From positions 2,496 through 66,495 of IMG/VR virus record IMGVR_UViG_3300010389_000012: DNA of 64,000 nt. The stretch is one strand, 5' to 3'. The DNA comes from a virus. Positions 20,104 to 29,878 of the stretch are shown here, one piece after another. The first letter of the stretch is position 1; every line of letters starts with the position of its first letter. The position numbers were made by a program, and so were the translations under genes. The notes under the pieces were generated by a model. It saw only the letters and a list, made by a program, of their open reading frames with translations. It was not told the DNA's origin and did not search any database.

Positions 20104-21297
20104 TTACTTAGCCTCCTTGGAGATGGACAGGGGGGATTTCCAGGCGTTCTGCAGCTTCTCGATATACGAAGAAGGAGCAGAAGCAGGAGATGCGATAGCA
20201 GCCACAGCTTCACGAAGCTCCTCAGTGGAGTCGCTGCGCTTGGCGGATTCGGAGATGGAATCGAAAAGAGCCTGAACGTAATCGTCAGAACGCTCGTCCA
20301 GTTCGATGGAATCAGCGCGATCAGCTTTGATGGCGTCAACCATCACTTCACGATCAGATTTGCCGGTGAATTCGTAATCGGCATCCAGTGCAATACGAGC
20401 TTTCTCAACCAGCGCAACGCGAGCAGCCACAAGGCCGTCCACATCAACACGCTTAGCTTCTTCCAGCTCAGCTTTAAGAGAGTCAACTTGCTCGGTCAGA
20501 GCGTCAGCACGGCCTTCCAGAGAATCTTCTTTCTCCTTCATGCCACCTTCCATGTCAGCCATTTTGGCCTTCATGTCTTCAGCTTCTTTCATCAAGCCGT
20601 CGTACTTCTTCTTCATGTCCTCATAGGACATCTTGGCGTCTTCGCGTTCTTTGGTGATCGCCAGAGCAACGCTCTCGCTCACCTCAAACTCGGCGCCGTC
20701 AAAGACGACTTTGGCGGTCATAATTTGAGTTTCCGTGATAGGGAAAAGAGTAGGGTCAACGCCATCCTGGCGATCCAAGTGCAGTTTCACATGAGGGCCT
20801 CCACGACCCCGACGGACGATAGCAACGTGATTTCCAGAAATTTCTTTCTGAATACCGTCGTAATGCTCGCCGCCATCAGTGACACCTGGCGTTGGATCGT
20901 AAGAAACGCGATAACCAGCGCTCACCTCGCGAACATCACCGCGCATCACCTTGTCGATAACTTCTTGGTCCGTAATGGTCATAACTGCACGGACAAATCC
21001 GTCGTCATAAACCACTTCAGTGCCAGTAAAACCAACAGAGTGATTCTTAGTGTTCTCACTATCCAAAAGGACAGGAGGATGCTCCATGGTGATAGCTTTG
21101 CCTGCAAATGAGGCAAGGCTTTCAGGAGACGCCACTTCCGACTCAGGGCGGAATTCCTTCCGCACTGAACCGTCAGCATCTGAATAGAGCTGAATGCCAG
21201 TACGAGCTATTGAAGCCCACACGCGAAGATAACCTTCGGGCGTGGTTTCATACTTCTCGATAGGAGAAAAGTCGTATCTGCAGGATGTGGTTCCCAT
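20104..21297 (-). CDS. DUF2213 prohead protease/scaffold
   Basis: TPEGYL...IARTGIQ.Y, ITMEHP, EVSAGY, NHVAIV..GRGG; coiled-coil scaffold C-terminus. Confidence 0.92.
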   Translation of the reverse strand: MGTTSCRYDFSPIEKYETTPEGYLRVWASIARTGIQLYSDADGSVRKEFRPESEVASPESLASFAGKAITMEHPPVLLDSENTKNHSVGFTGTEVVYDDGFVRAVMTITDQEVIDKVMRGDVREVSAGYRVSYDPTPGVTDGGEHYDGIQKEISGNHVAIVRRGRGGPHVKLHLDRQDGVDPTLFPITETQIMTAKVVFDGAEFEVSESVALAITKEREDAKMSYEDMKKKYDGLMKEAEDMKAKMADMEGGMKEKEDSLEGRADALTEQVDSLKAELEEAKRVDVDGLVAARVALVEKARIALDADYEFTGKSDREVMVDAIKADRADSIELDERSDDYVQALFDSISESAKRSDSTEELREAVAAIASPASAPSSYIEKLQNAWKSPLSISKEAK

Positions 21298-21362
21298 ACA
21301 TACACTTTAGAAGTGTCTCTTACATCCTATATTGTATTTGATGCTATTCTGCATAACATTGC

Positions 21363-21644
21363 GTGACAGCACACAGAATCAAGCCGCCAAGAGTGTCATA
21401 CGACTCAGCGAAGAAATTGATAGGAAAAAGAATTAAAGAAGCTCGCGAAAACTGCGGACTGTCTCAACGAGATCTCGCCAAAACTCTCTTTTGCGATCAA
21501 GCAACCATCTCACGCATTGAACGAGGAGTGATTTCTCCGGACGTTGCGCAAATACGAGTGATGAGTGGACTGTTTGAACTCAGCGTCCTCTGGCTCATGG
21601 GCTACCCCAGTTTTGTCGTTCACGCCACTAGCGGACGACGTTAG
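21363..21644 (+). CDS. XRE-family HTH regulator
   Basis: RIKEAR...GLSQRDLA...QATISRIERG. Confidence 0.88.
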   Translation: MTAHRIKPPRVSYDSAKKLIGKRIKEARENCGLSQRDLAKTLFCDQATISRIERGVISPDVAQIRVMSGLFELSVLWLMGYPSFVVHATSGRR

Positions 21645-21952
21645 TCGTCGTCCTCATCGTCCTCGTCGCGAATGGAAGAAAGGGCATCTTCAATGCCTTC
21701 CATCACATAAGCCTTTGCCATCGCAACAGCCTCAAACGTGAGGAACTTACATGGCTCAAACATTTCGTCCGGCTTCTCGTAGTGACTCAGCACATACTCG
21801 TGCGTCTCTTCCAGACGCCCGTTCTTAAACACATGCTTATGCACGTATTGCCACTGAGAAGTGTTTCGATGGGCGTTCCGAGAAAGAATCTGACACGCCT
21901 CAAGAACGCTAATGCCTTCCTCTTCACGCACAATCTGAACCCCGTCCATCAT
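21641..21952 (-). CDS. Hypothetical protein
   Basis: 103 aa, acidic tail, ATGA coupling. Confidence 0.65.
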   Translation of the reverse strand: MMDGVQIVREEEGISVLEACQILSRNAHRNTSQWQYVHKHVFKNGRLEETHEYVLSHYEKPDEMFEPCKFLTFEAVAMAKAYVMEGIEDALSSIRDEDDEDDD

Positions 21953-22299
21953 TGAGTCTTGCGGTTTTCAAGCATTTTAAGAGTGCGTTTTGCCCATGCA
22001 CGCCCTGAATCTCCTCCCCAGAGCAGCCAAGAGATGTAGCCAGCGTCATCTTCGCCACCACTCTTGTTCTTTTCATGCCTTGAAAAGAACGCCACCATGC
22101 GACGCAATGTCTCTTCACTCACCTTCTTTCCATTGGCAAGATTACTGGCGCGAACCACGCCACTACCAACTCCTTGCTCCCCAGCCTCCTTGCTCGTAAG
22201 ACCGCCTTTCTTGTGCTTCTTTCGCAGCTCAAGGCCACGACGAGCAGCAGCCTGCACTGCATTAGGAGGGGCGAAGCCTTCAGCGTCGCCCCTCAGTTC
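21949..22299 (-). CDS. Small basic head-associated domain, probably C-terminal part of a -1 frameshift fusion
   Basis: FAPPNAVQAAARRGL...RMVAFFSRH...ISWLLWGGD domain starts upstream of the only candidate start (GTG 22257). Confidence 0.7.
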   Translation of the reverse strand, partial: ELRGDAEGFAPPNAVQAAARRGLELRKKHKKGGLTSKEAGEQGVGSGVVRASNLANGKKVSEETLRRMVAFFSRHEKNKSGGEDDAGYISWLLWGGDSGRAWAKRTLKMLENRKTQ

Positions 22300-22553
22300 T
22301 TTTTTTTCTTGCGACGATCTTCAGACAGCTTTTTCAGATAGCCACGGCAACGCGTTTCGCCAGGCCCCATCATTTCGTCTAAATAGCCGGCGATGTAATC
22401 ATCGCTCTTGCCTTCAGAGGAAGCCCCCGCCTCACTCATGGCAATAGCCATAGCTTGACGAGGGTCTTTAACGATTTCACCAGAACTGCTCTTAAGGGTG
22501 CCGGCTTCAAATTCGCCCATAACCTTGCGAATTTTCTTCTGACGAGCAGTCAT
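22293..22553 (-). CDS. DUF6496-like small basic protein
   Basis: KIRKVMGEFEAGTLKSSSG..VKDPRQAMAIAMSEAG. Confidence 0.75.
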   Translation of the reverse strand: MTARQKKIRKVMGEFEAGTLKSSSGEIVKDPRQAMAIAMSEAGASSEGKSDDYIAGYLDEMMGPGETRCRGYLKKLSEDRRKKKKN

Positions 22554-22587
22554 GACATAACAAAAACCTTACTTCATAAAGTTTAAG

Positions 22588-23298
22588 TTAGGCCGGTTCG
22601 ACTAGGAGACAATCAAACGATTTAGATGCCCAGAACAATCCGAGGTTGTTTGCAGTTTCCTCGTATAACACTCTGAAACCCTGCTCCTTTAGAAACTCAG
22701 CCAGCTTCTCCATCGAAAGACGCCCTTTGAAATCTTCAAGGAACTCCGGCGTCTGCTCCTCAAAGAGGAATGTCCCCATTCCAGAAGTGCCCACACCATT
22801 GTGAAACTCACCGAAGATTGTCTCAATTTGGTCCAACTTAGTACATGTGTACAAAGCAGGGAATTCAGCGCCTTCAGCGTCAATCTTGATCACATTGGGT
22901 GACCAAGTTTCAATCGCTTGATCCAAAGAGATGGATGGCACCACCTCGCCCAAACCAGTCACGCTGCAACCCCCGCCAGAGTTGACGGGATTGTCACTGG
23001 CTTCAAAGCGCACTTCAACTTCCTTGTCGCTTCGCGTGACGGCCAAATTGGCCGCTTCGGCGTTGCCGAAGCTTGACACGTTATGAACAAGCAAGTCGTA
23101 GTTTTCCTCGTTGGGTTCAAAAGAAACAACAAAATCAGCGTTATGGCGCATCGCCTTGATCGCAAACGATCCGATATGCCCGCCAATGTCGAGAATTCGC
23201 TTGCCTTTTAAATCAGCAATCTCATATTCGTTTTGATTGACGACATGCTCAAAGATTGAAGCGTCGTAAGTGCTGGGACGGAGTTTGATTTGAGTCAT
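22588..23298 (-). CDS. FkbM-family methyltransferase
   Basis: ILDIGGHIG, FEPN, KIDAEGAEF. Confidence 0.9.
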   Translation of the reverse strand: MTQIKLRPSTYDASIFEHVVNQNEYEIADLKGKRILDIGGHIGSFAIKAMRHNADFVVSFEPNEENYDLLVHNVSSFGNAEAANLAVTRSDKEVEVRFEASDNPVNSGGGCSVTGLGEVVPSISLDQAIETWSPNVIKIDAEGAEFPALYTCTKLDQIETIFGEFHNGVGTSGMGTFLFEEQTPEFLEDFKGRLSMEKLAEFLKEQGFRVLYEETANNLGLFWASKSFDCLLVEPA

Positions 23299-23300
23299 GA

Positions 23301-24506
23301 TCAGGCTTCCTTGATTTTGCGCTTGCGGCCGTACTTGATCGGCGCAGTCAGAGTGCGACTGATCACCTTCAAAAAGGCATCACCAATCACTTCCCAGGTG
23401 TAATGATCCTGATGCACTGCTTCGTGACACCAGTCAGCCACCTTCTTTAAATCATCCCGGTTCTCGTAATAGTGCTTCAGGATGTCCGCCATACCAGACG
23501 GCGAAGGCTGGCCGCGATCCAAGCCATAATTCCGATCCACTTCCCAGCTCTCCACGGGAATGCGAGGAATGCCATAGAAGATTTCTTTCAATGACGTGTG
23601 GTCGGGCACAATTTGAGCTGTGCCCGTAGCAGCATGCTCAAAGTTAACCAAGCCCCAACCCTCGCCAATGCAAGTGTTCACGCCCACGTCAGCGGCGTTG
23701 TACACAAGATTCAAACGCTCAGCCGGGAGGCACTTTGTCACATCAAAATCCTGACTAGTGAGCATCACTTTTCCAGTCGGGTCATAGTCATAATCCCTCG
23801 CGATTCGCTTGAATAGAGGAATTACATCCCAACCTTGATCTTTCTTGCCCATATGAAGCCACAGACGCGCATCAGGCGCCTCCTTCGCAAACTCGATGAA
23901 CCCTTTAATCGTCAAGTCAATACGCTTGCGCGGTTGGTTGCGGTTGCCGTTAAAAACGATGAAATGATCGGGATCAATTCCAAGTTCCTTGCGGGCTTCG
24001 GCTTGGTCAACCCTGAAGAACGTGGATCGATCAACGCCATGAGGAAGCACGTCACACGGCAAATCGCATCCGGCCTTACGCACCTCTTGTAGGCCAAATT
24101 GAGTGTAGGTGCCCATGCCATCCCATTCCTTGGCGTCTTCAAACACGTCAGGGAAGAAGCCGTAGCTGTCAGTAGGGAAGTATCCATACCACTTAAAGCC
24201 AAGCGTTTGCTTCAGAGGCTTCACCTGCTTCCAAAGCGTATTCAAAATCCAAACGTCATTCACAGCTAAGATCAAGTCGGGCTTTTCCTTCTCGACGATC
24301 TCCGAAATCCTGTGAGAACCGTAAGGATCACTGCCTCCCACCATTGCCGGATACAGCTTGTAGGGGAGACCGTGAGGGTCTCCCCAATAGTTCACCGCAA
24401 GAACAACAATCTCGTATTCTTTGGCCAGGATCGGCAGAAGACCTTCAGCCACTCGTCCAAAGCCAGTTTGGACGGCGCAGTCTCCGCAATAAAGGATTTT
24501 CGCCAT
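23301..24506 (-). CDS. GT4 (GT-B) glycosyltransferase
   Basis: TGFGRV, PHGVD, NRNQPRKR, GEGWGL...EHAA.G. Confidence 0.9.
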   Translation of the reverse strand: MAKILYCGDCAVQTGFGRVAEGLLPILAKEYEIVVLAVNYWGDPHGLPYKLYPAMVGGSDPYGSHRISEIVEKEKPDLILAVNDVWILNTLWKQVKPLKQTLGFKWYGYFPTDSYGFFPDVFEDAKEWDGMGTYTQFGLQEVRKAGCDLPCDVLPHGVDRSTFFRVDQAEARKELGIDPDHFIVFNGNRNQPRKRIDLTIKGFIEFAKEAPDARLWLHMGKKDQGWDVIPLFKRIARDYDYDPTGKVMLTSQDFDVTKCLPAERLNLVYNAADVGVNTCIGEGWGLVNFEHAATGTAQIVPDHTSLKEIFYGIPRIPVESWEVDRNYGLDRGQPSPSGMADILKHYYENRDDLKKVADWCHEAVHQDHYTWEVIGDAFLKVISRTLTAPIKYGRKRKIKEA

Positions 24507-24543
24507 GAAAGCGTCACGTTCGACGCCATCTTAGTAACGAAAA

Positions 24544-25209
24544 TTAAACCGTCACGTTGATTCCAGCGCCGCGCTTGTACTCAACAAAACAACGACACCT
24601 TGCCCTACATTCGCAACGCTGACCAGGCATCGGAAGGCTGCCAATAGGAACCAATCCAGCTCCCGCATACCTCAGACAGTCGTCACAATGCTGCGCTTGT
24701 GGATCCAAGCGACGACGCATCATTGAATACCCCTGCTTCTCTTGCCGAAGCGTGGTTCCTTCCCAGTAACTGCCACGTACAGACTCAGCATATAGCTGGA
24801 TACGAGCAAGAGCCATGGGAGTAGAAACGCGGCCAGCCAATATGTCACCAGCAAAGCGTTGCAGATAAGTGTATTCCGCACGAAGCTTTTGACCGATGAC
24901 GCCGTACTCTTTAGCGCCCATGCGAGACCGACCACCATGACCCAACACAGTCGCTTGAATGTGCGCACCTTTGATGGCTTCTCGCACGCTTCCTTGCCAT
25001 TGATCCAAACTAATGTTTCCATCTGACAACATCCGGGTGAAGCGGCGTAAATCTTTGCCAAGTTTGTCGATTCTGCCGTCTACCAACGCAGAAATCGCTC
25101 CCTCACTCATAAAACGCCCAGAGGGGCGCCTATAGCGCCCCGCCAGAGGGTCGTATGACCACTCTGCGTCCATGCGTGGCCATGCATCACTTAACGGGCT
25201 CAGCATCAT
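24544..25209 (-). CDS. Head morphogenesis/minor capsid protein (Mu gpF-like)
   Basis: HCDDC...C.CRARCRC Cys motif; directly after portal. Confidence 0.7.
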   Translation of the reverse strand: MMLSPLSDAWPRMDAEWSYDPLAGRYRRPSGRFMSEGAISALVDGRIDKLGKDLRRFTRMLSDGNISLDQWQGSVREAIKGAHIQATVLGHGGRSRMGAKEYGVIGQKLRAEYTYLQRFAGDILAGRVSTPMALARIQLYAESVRGSYWEGTTLRQEKQGYSMMRRRLDPQAQHCDDCLRYAGAGLVPIGSLPMPGQRCECRARCRCFVEYKRGAGINVTV

Positions 25210-27457
25210 CCGCCTCCAGAATGTCTTTAAAGCGTTCAGGAGCCTCTTCTTTCCATTGGTTTAGCGCTGCGTCGATATCTTCAGCCGTGATCTGAGCGGC
25301 TTCATCAATATCAGCCAAAATCAGCCCCTCAGCTTTTAAAGGGTCAATTGCATCGTTCTTGTCATGCCCGTCCGATTTAAGAACTTTCTGGAAACTCTCG
25401 TGCGTGCTGCATGGCATGTACACGGGACCGTCGTCTGTCTCGTGGAGGTGATAACCGTTGCAGCCCATCTCCTTGGCTTTCACTTCAGCCTCTTCCTTCG
25501 TCGCGTAGGCATGGGTGTTCGCGCCTTCTGCGTCGACCTTGCTACTAACCATCTTGGCCTTGCCCTTGCGATTAGCGTCGGGATCTTTGCGACGCTTGCG
25601 AGCAACAATTTGCTTCCGTCCTTCTTTTGACATGCCTTGTGCCTTCGCCTTCGGCAGGCACTTAGGCTTTCCCTCTTTCTCCCCGCGACCTCCACAGGGA
25701 CCAAGGATTTCGCCATTGGCGCCAATCCTCACCCATTCTTCCTTGAACCACTTGGCCAGATCATCTGCATGCACTTCGCCTTCGTCGTTCTTGAAAGCGC
25801 CTGAAAGACTGCCGTGCTTGCGCTTGTACATTTCCTTGTAGCGCTGCACTACATAGCCGCTGGCATATGCGCTCGGCCACACCTTGAACTTTGCTTTTGC
25901 AGCAGACACAGCCCGAGAATGCAAAGCCTTATCGGTGAACTTCACGTCTCCACGAACGTGCTCCAAATCTCCGGGTAGGTAGAGGCCCGCTTCTCCCTGA
26001 TCCTCCACCTCCTGGCTATCTGCTGCGTTGCGCGTGCCGTCAATGGGAAGTGTTCCATTGGCTTGATCAAGAGGATCGCGGCCACCAGCAGGAACATCGC
26101 CCTTTTGAGCTTTTTCGGGGATTTCACGAACATTGGAAGGATCGATAGTGGTTTCGATGCTGTATTCCGACTTGCCGAAGCGGCTGTCTGCCACTTCCTG
26201 TGGCGTGAGCACTCCCACTTGGATGTAACGAGCATCAACAGCAGCAATACGCGCACGCACATCAGCCAGCTCGCGCTCATTCATCTCAAACAACGGCTTA
26301 AATCCAATGCGCCAGTTGTCAGGCTGATCACCTTTGATCGGGCCGGTGCGGCTAGCCATCACATACCGCATCAGCTTCATTAACGGCTTGCGGAAATGCG
26401 TCTCTTGATAGTGGTGGCAAATTTTCGCGAAATCGCGCTCTTCACTCCGGCCCGTGGCGCCCAGTCCTGACGGCGACTGACCAAACAGCAAGGTATGAGG
26501 AATGCCAGAAGCGGCAATCACGTCCAAGCGAAGCTTCTCAAGAATCTCCGATACGCCGCCAAACTGGCGGCTCACAAATGCAAGTTCTTCTTTCTCCGCA
26601 TCAATCGCGTAGCCGCGATAGATGCTCTTGCTCATATCGTTCAATTCCAAGCGGTTCTTCACCTGCGTTTCTTTGCCTGCCGCCAACATCGAGGCGAGTC
26701 CACGCACCTTGTGGACAAAAATGTCGAACTCTGTCAGAAGAGTGGCAATGGAAGAAGTGCCTGTGTAGTAATGCTTGAAGCTCTCATAAACGCTTTGCAG
26801 CACTGACATGCCCCAGCCGTAGTTCTTCTGGCGCACGCGATACGGCAGCCAAATGCCGTCAAAACGCAAGATGCGATCCTTATGAATGCGAATCAGATTG
26901 GGCTGCTGGATCAGATCGCCCGAAATAATCTGATAATGCGTTGGCTTGGAATAGTCGTAGAGACTGTCTTCGTCAATGACAGGCGCAATCTGATGGCGGT
27001 CCAACACCTCCATACCCTCTACGGCACGGATGTTGGCTACGTCGACAGGCTCAAAAGCCCGGCGACCGTCGTCGATGTAAAGGATGATTGCACTGCCACC
27101 GTAAAGACGAGAAGTCTTGGCCGCATGGTTGAAATTGTGGAGAATCTCTAGATCTTCGATGGCTTGCTCAACGCCCGACAGCGTTTGGGCATTTACGCCT
27201 TCCCCGCCAAATAAAATCTCAAAGCCCTTTCGGGTGCTTTCATCAGCAATAAGATCCACAATACGACGCATCAGCCAATGCACGTAAAGACCTTCCAGGT
27301 CTTCCTTCGGCATAAACCTAATGGCATCCACAGTTGTCCGTGTGGTCTTATCCCTCTTTGTGCCCATCCCAGTGAACACGTTCTGCAGGCCGTCAATACG
27401 AGCGTCACCATTCCCGTTATGGCCGAGATGAACCTCGCCACCAGTGATTTCAGCCAT
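25187..27457 (-). CDS. Portal protein (DUF1073) with long modular C-terminal extension
   Basis: DGLQNVFTGMG, SRLYGGS, WGMSVL, SGIPHTLLFGQSPSGLGATG. Confidence 0.92.
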   Translation of the reverse strand: MAEITGGEVHLGHNGNGDARIDGLQNVFTGMGTKRDKTTRTTVDAIRFMPKEDLEGLYVHWLMRRIVDLIADESTRKGFEILFGGEGVNAQTLSGVEQAIEDLEILHNFNHAAKTSRLYGGSAIILYIDDGRRAFEPVDVANIRAVEGMEVLDRHQIAPVIDEDSLYDYSKPTHYQIISGDLIQQPNLIRIHKDRILRFDGIWLPYRVRQKNYGWGMSVLQSVYESFKHYYTGTSSIATLLTEFDIFVHKVRGLASMLAAGKETQVKNRLELNDMSKSIYRGYAIDAEKEELAFVSRQFGGVSEILEKLRLDVIAASGIPHTLLFGQSPSGLGATGRSEERDFAKICHHYQETHFRKPLMKLMRYVMASRTGPIKGDQPDNWRIGFKPLFEMNERELADVRARIAAVDARYIQVGVLTPQEVADSRFGKSEYSIETTIDPSNVREIPEKAQKGDVPAGGRDPLDQANGTLPIDGTRNAADSQEVEDQGEAGLYLPGDLEHVRGDVKFTDKALHSRAVSAAKAKFKVWPSAYASGYVVQRYKEMYKRKHGSLSGAFKNDEGEVHADDLAKWFKEEWVRIGANGEILGPCGGRGEKEGKPKCLPKAKAQGMSKEGRKQIVARKRRKDPDANRKGKAKMVSSKVDAEGANTHAYATKEEAEVKAKEMGCNGYHLHETDDGPVYMPCSTHESFQKVLKSDGHDKNDAIDPLKAEGLILADIDEAAQITAEDIDAALNQWKEEAPERFKDILEADDAEPVK

Positions 27458-27539
27458 CGCTAATCCTTAATTAAGCCTTCATAAGAGGGCGGTTGTTCTT
27501 ATTCTATGGAGGGCGTATGTTTCGGTGTAGTCACACCTT

Positions 27540-28067
27540 GTGCCTGTGGACATGGACTTCAAAGCCGTAAAGATCTCCCTCACAGCCAGCGACAAGGCAG
27601 CAATCAAAGCAGAAGCACGTCGTCGTCAATCAGTGAACGAAGGTCTTCGGCTGTCGGGACGGAATAATGGTCCGGCCCAGGGGGAGCTGGCCGCCAAGTG
27701 TCATGAGTTGGGCGCTGGGGGTGAAATGGCAGTTGCAGCGTATCTTGGCCTTCAAGACCACCTCTATAAAGACTTGACTCCCACAAGGGGGAGCGCAGAT
27801 CTTCCTCCCAATATCGACGTGAAGACCAGAGCGCGTCATTATTACGATCTCCTTGTTCAGCTCGATGACTGCCCCAAAAAGACATTCGTCCTAGTCACTG
27901 TTGAGAATAAAGAAGTTCTAATGCATGGATGGATCCATGGCAAAGAGGCAATGAAAAAGGAATATGTGAAAGAATATGTGAAAGGACGGCCTTGTTATTC
28001 AGTGCCCAAAGAGAAACTGAGTCCTATGCTGTCGCTTAAAGAATACGTGACGCATGCTCTCTTGTAG
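27540..28067 (+). CDS. Putative PD-(D/E)xK-fold protein
   Basis: GEMAVAAYLG...DL...IDVKT motif. Confidence 0.55.
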   Translation: MPVDMDFKAVKISLTASDKAAIKAEARRRQSVNEGLRLSGRNNGPAQGELAAKCHELGAGGEMAVAAYLGLQDHLYKDLTPTRGSADLPPNIDVKTRARHYYDLLVQLDDCPKKTFVLVTVENKEVLMHGWIHGKEAMKKEYVKEYVKGRPCYSVPKEKLSPMLSLKEYVTHALL

Positions 28068-29418
28068 TGACTTTGCAAAACACGCTCTGAAGCTGGAACT
28101 CTACCCAAAACAAGCTGAGATTCTCGATAGTTTTTTTAAGGGTGGATATACACAAGCAACATGGGCGCTGGGGCGACGATCTGGCAAAACGCTTATGGCC
28201 GCTGTGGCTTGCGTTTACATTTGTTTTGTTTTAGAAGATAAATACAAAAAGAAAGTAAGAAAAGGCGAACGCTGGTACGTGCTGACTGTCGCAAACAGTC
28301 AAGACCAGAGCCGCATTGCTCTCAATAACATTCGTCAACTAATCCTGGACAGCCCGTTCGCGCAGGAGATTGTGCGCGAGACTGCTGATCAGCTAGAAAT
28401 GTCCAATGGCTGTGTTTTCAAAGCAATCCCTACTTCGGGACGAGCGGCTCGTGGCCTCGCTTGTTGTGCTTGTGTGTTCGATGAGCTTGCGTTTGCAGTG
28501 GATGGAGATGCAAACAGCGGTGGCAAGGGCATTTACGACGCGCTTTCGCCGGCAGTAGCCCAGTTCGGTGGTCACGGCAAGATCCTTGAACTCTCTTCGC
28601 CATGGCTGACTGACGGCCTGTTCTACCAGCATTTCAAAGAAGCCGCGTCAGGACGGTTTCCTTACCTGCAAGCCGTAAACCTCCCAACATGGGAGATGAA
28701 TCCCACGATTAGCAAGGAATTCCTTGAAATGGAGCGGGAGAGAGATCCCGACAAGTTCAAGGTGGAATATGGCGCTCAGTTCGCCGCCAACCTCTCAGCC
28801 CTGATCAATAGTGATGTTGTTGATGCCTGCGTGGATGACAAGCGCCTTTCTCTTCCTCCACGTCCAGAGTTTCAAGGAAGTTACGTGCTGGCTCTTGACC
28901 CCGCTCGTGGCGGCGTTGGTCGAGATAATTACACCGCTTGTATCGTTCATTTTGAAGGCCCCACCCTTGTCGTAGACAAATTCCACACCTTCTCCGCTGA
29001 TTTTGAAATCAATGGAAGGAAAGAAGTGAATATCAGCATGGTTGAAGATTGGATTAAGGAGCATCACAGCCTCTATGTGTTCGACAAGATCGTGATGGAC
29101 CAATACAACAGCGCTGGCACCATTCAAAGTCTTGCCGGGGAGATGCCCATCGAAGAACTCACCTGGACCATCAGCTCCAAAGTGAAGGCGTTCTCCAAAA
29201 TGCGAGAGCTGTTCAACGCTGGCCACGTCAACATCTACAACCACGAAAAAGCCCTGAACGAAATCAAAAACCTTACTGTCACTTACAAGGCTGGTGGTCA
29301 GTGGACAGTCAGCGGCGGCAAGCAAACAGGAATCGACGACCATGCGTTTGCAATGGCGGCCGCTCTATTTGCTGCTAATAAGGATGATGACATTAACTGG
29401 CTTGAACAATTCATCTAG
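28054..29418 (+). CDS. terL: Terminase large subunit
   Basis: Walker A GRRSGKT, Walker B CVFDE, LSSP motif, nuclease LALDPA...DD. Confidence 0.92.
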   Translation: MLSCSDFAKHALKLELYPKQAEILDSFFKGGYTQATWALGRRSGKTLMAAVACVYICFVLEDKYKKKVRKGERWYVLTVANSQDQSRIALNNIRQLILDSPFAQEIVRETADQLEMSNGCVFKAIPTSGRAARGLACCACVFDELAFAVDGDANSGGKGIYDALSPAVAQFGGHGKILELSSPWLTDGLFYQHFKEAASGRFPYLQAVNLPTWEMNPTISKEFLEMERERDPDKFKVEYGAQFAANLSALINSDVVDACVDDKRLSLPPRPEFQGSYVLALDPARGGVGRDNYTACIVHFEGPTLVVDKFHTFSADFEINGRKEVNISMVEDWIKEHHSLYVFDKIVMDQYNSAGTIQSLAGEMPIEELTWTISSKVKAFSKMRELFNAGHVNIYNHEKALNEIKNLTVTYKAGGQWTVSGGKQTGIDDHAFAMAAALFAANKDDDINWLEQFI

Positions 29419-29435
29419 TATTTACAGGAATTCCA

Positions 29436-29633
29436 ATGTTCAATGATTCTGTGGAAGATTTACAGCTCACCTACGAGGAGGCGAAGTTTCTAGTTGCTCT
29501 CCTGAAAGTGAACAACCAAACAGCCCTGCAACTGCTGAATGCAGAGCATCTGTATAAACCACGCTTACTTCCAAAGCTGCAGAAACTTGAGCATATGCTC
29601 AAAAAAGATATTCCCGCAATAGATCCCGACTAG
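29436..29633 (+). CDS. Hypothetical protein
   Basis: 65 aa ORF. Confidence 0.55.
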   Translation: MFNDSVEDLQLTYEEAKFLVALLKVNNQTALQLLNAEHLYKPRLLPKLQKLEHMLKKDIPAIDPD

Positions 29634-29656
29634 CGTAAATAGCAAAGTGGGAAACT

Positions 29657-29878
29657 ATGGACAACGATTATCTTCACGGTCTTTTGAAAGACTTGATTGC
29701 TTCTTCCAAGGCTCTCACTGAAGCTGCAGCAAAGTTTGGAGAAAATTCTCTTCGCACTCAAGAAGCTGATAACGCATACATGGCGGCAAACGCAGCGTTT
29801 CGGAAAGAGAATTACTGGCACAAGTATTGCGAAACTGAAGGCCCCTGGCAGCCTGAATGCCGTATGTACGACTGCTGA
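29657..29878 (+). CDS. Hypothetical protein with CP12-like C-terminal motif
   Basis: Ends YCETEGPWQPECRMYD, resembling the C-terminal C..P...ECR.YD motif of CP12. Confidence 0.5.
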   Translation: MDNDYLHGLLKDLIASSKALTEAAAKFGENSLRTQEADNAYMAANAAFRKENYWHKYCETEGPWQPECRMYDC

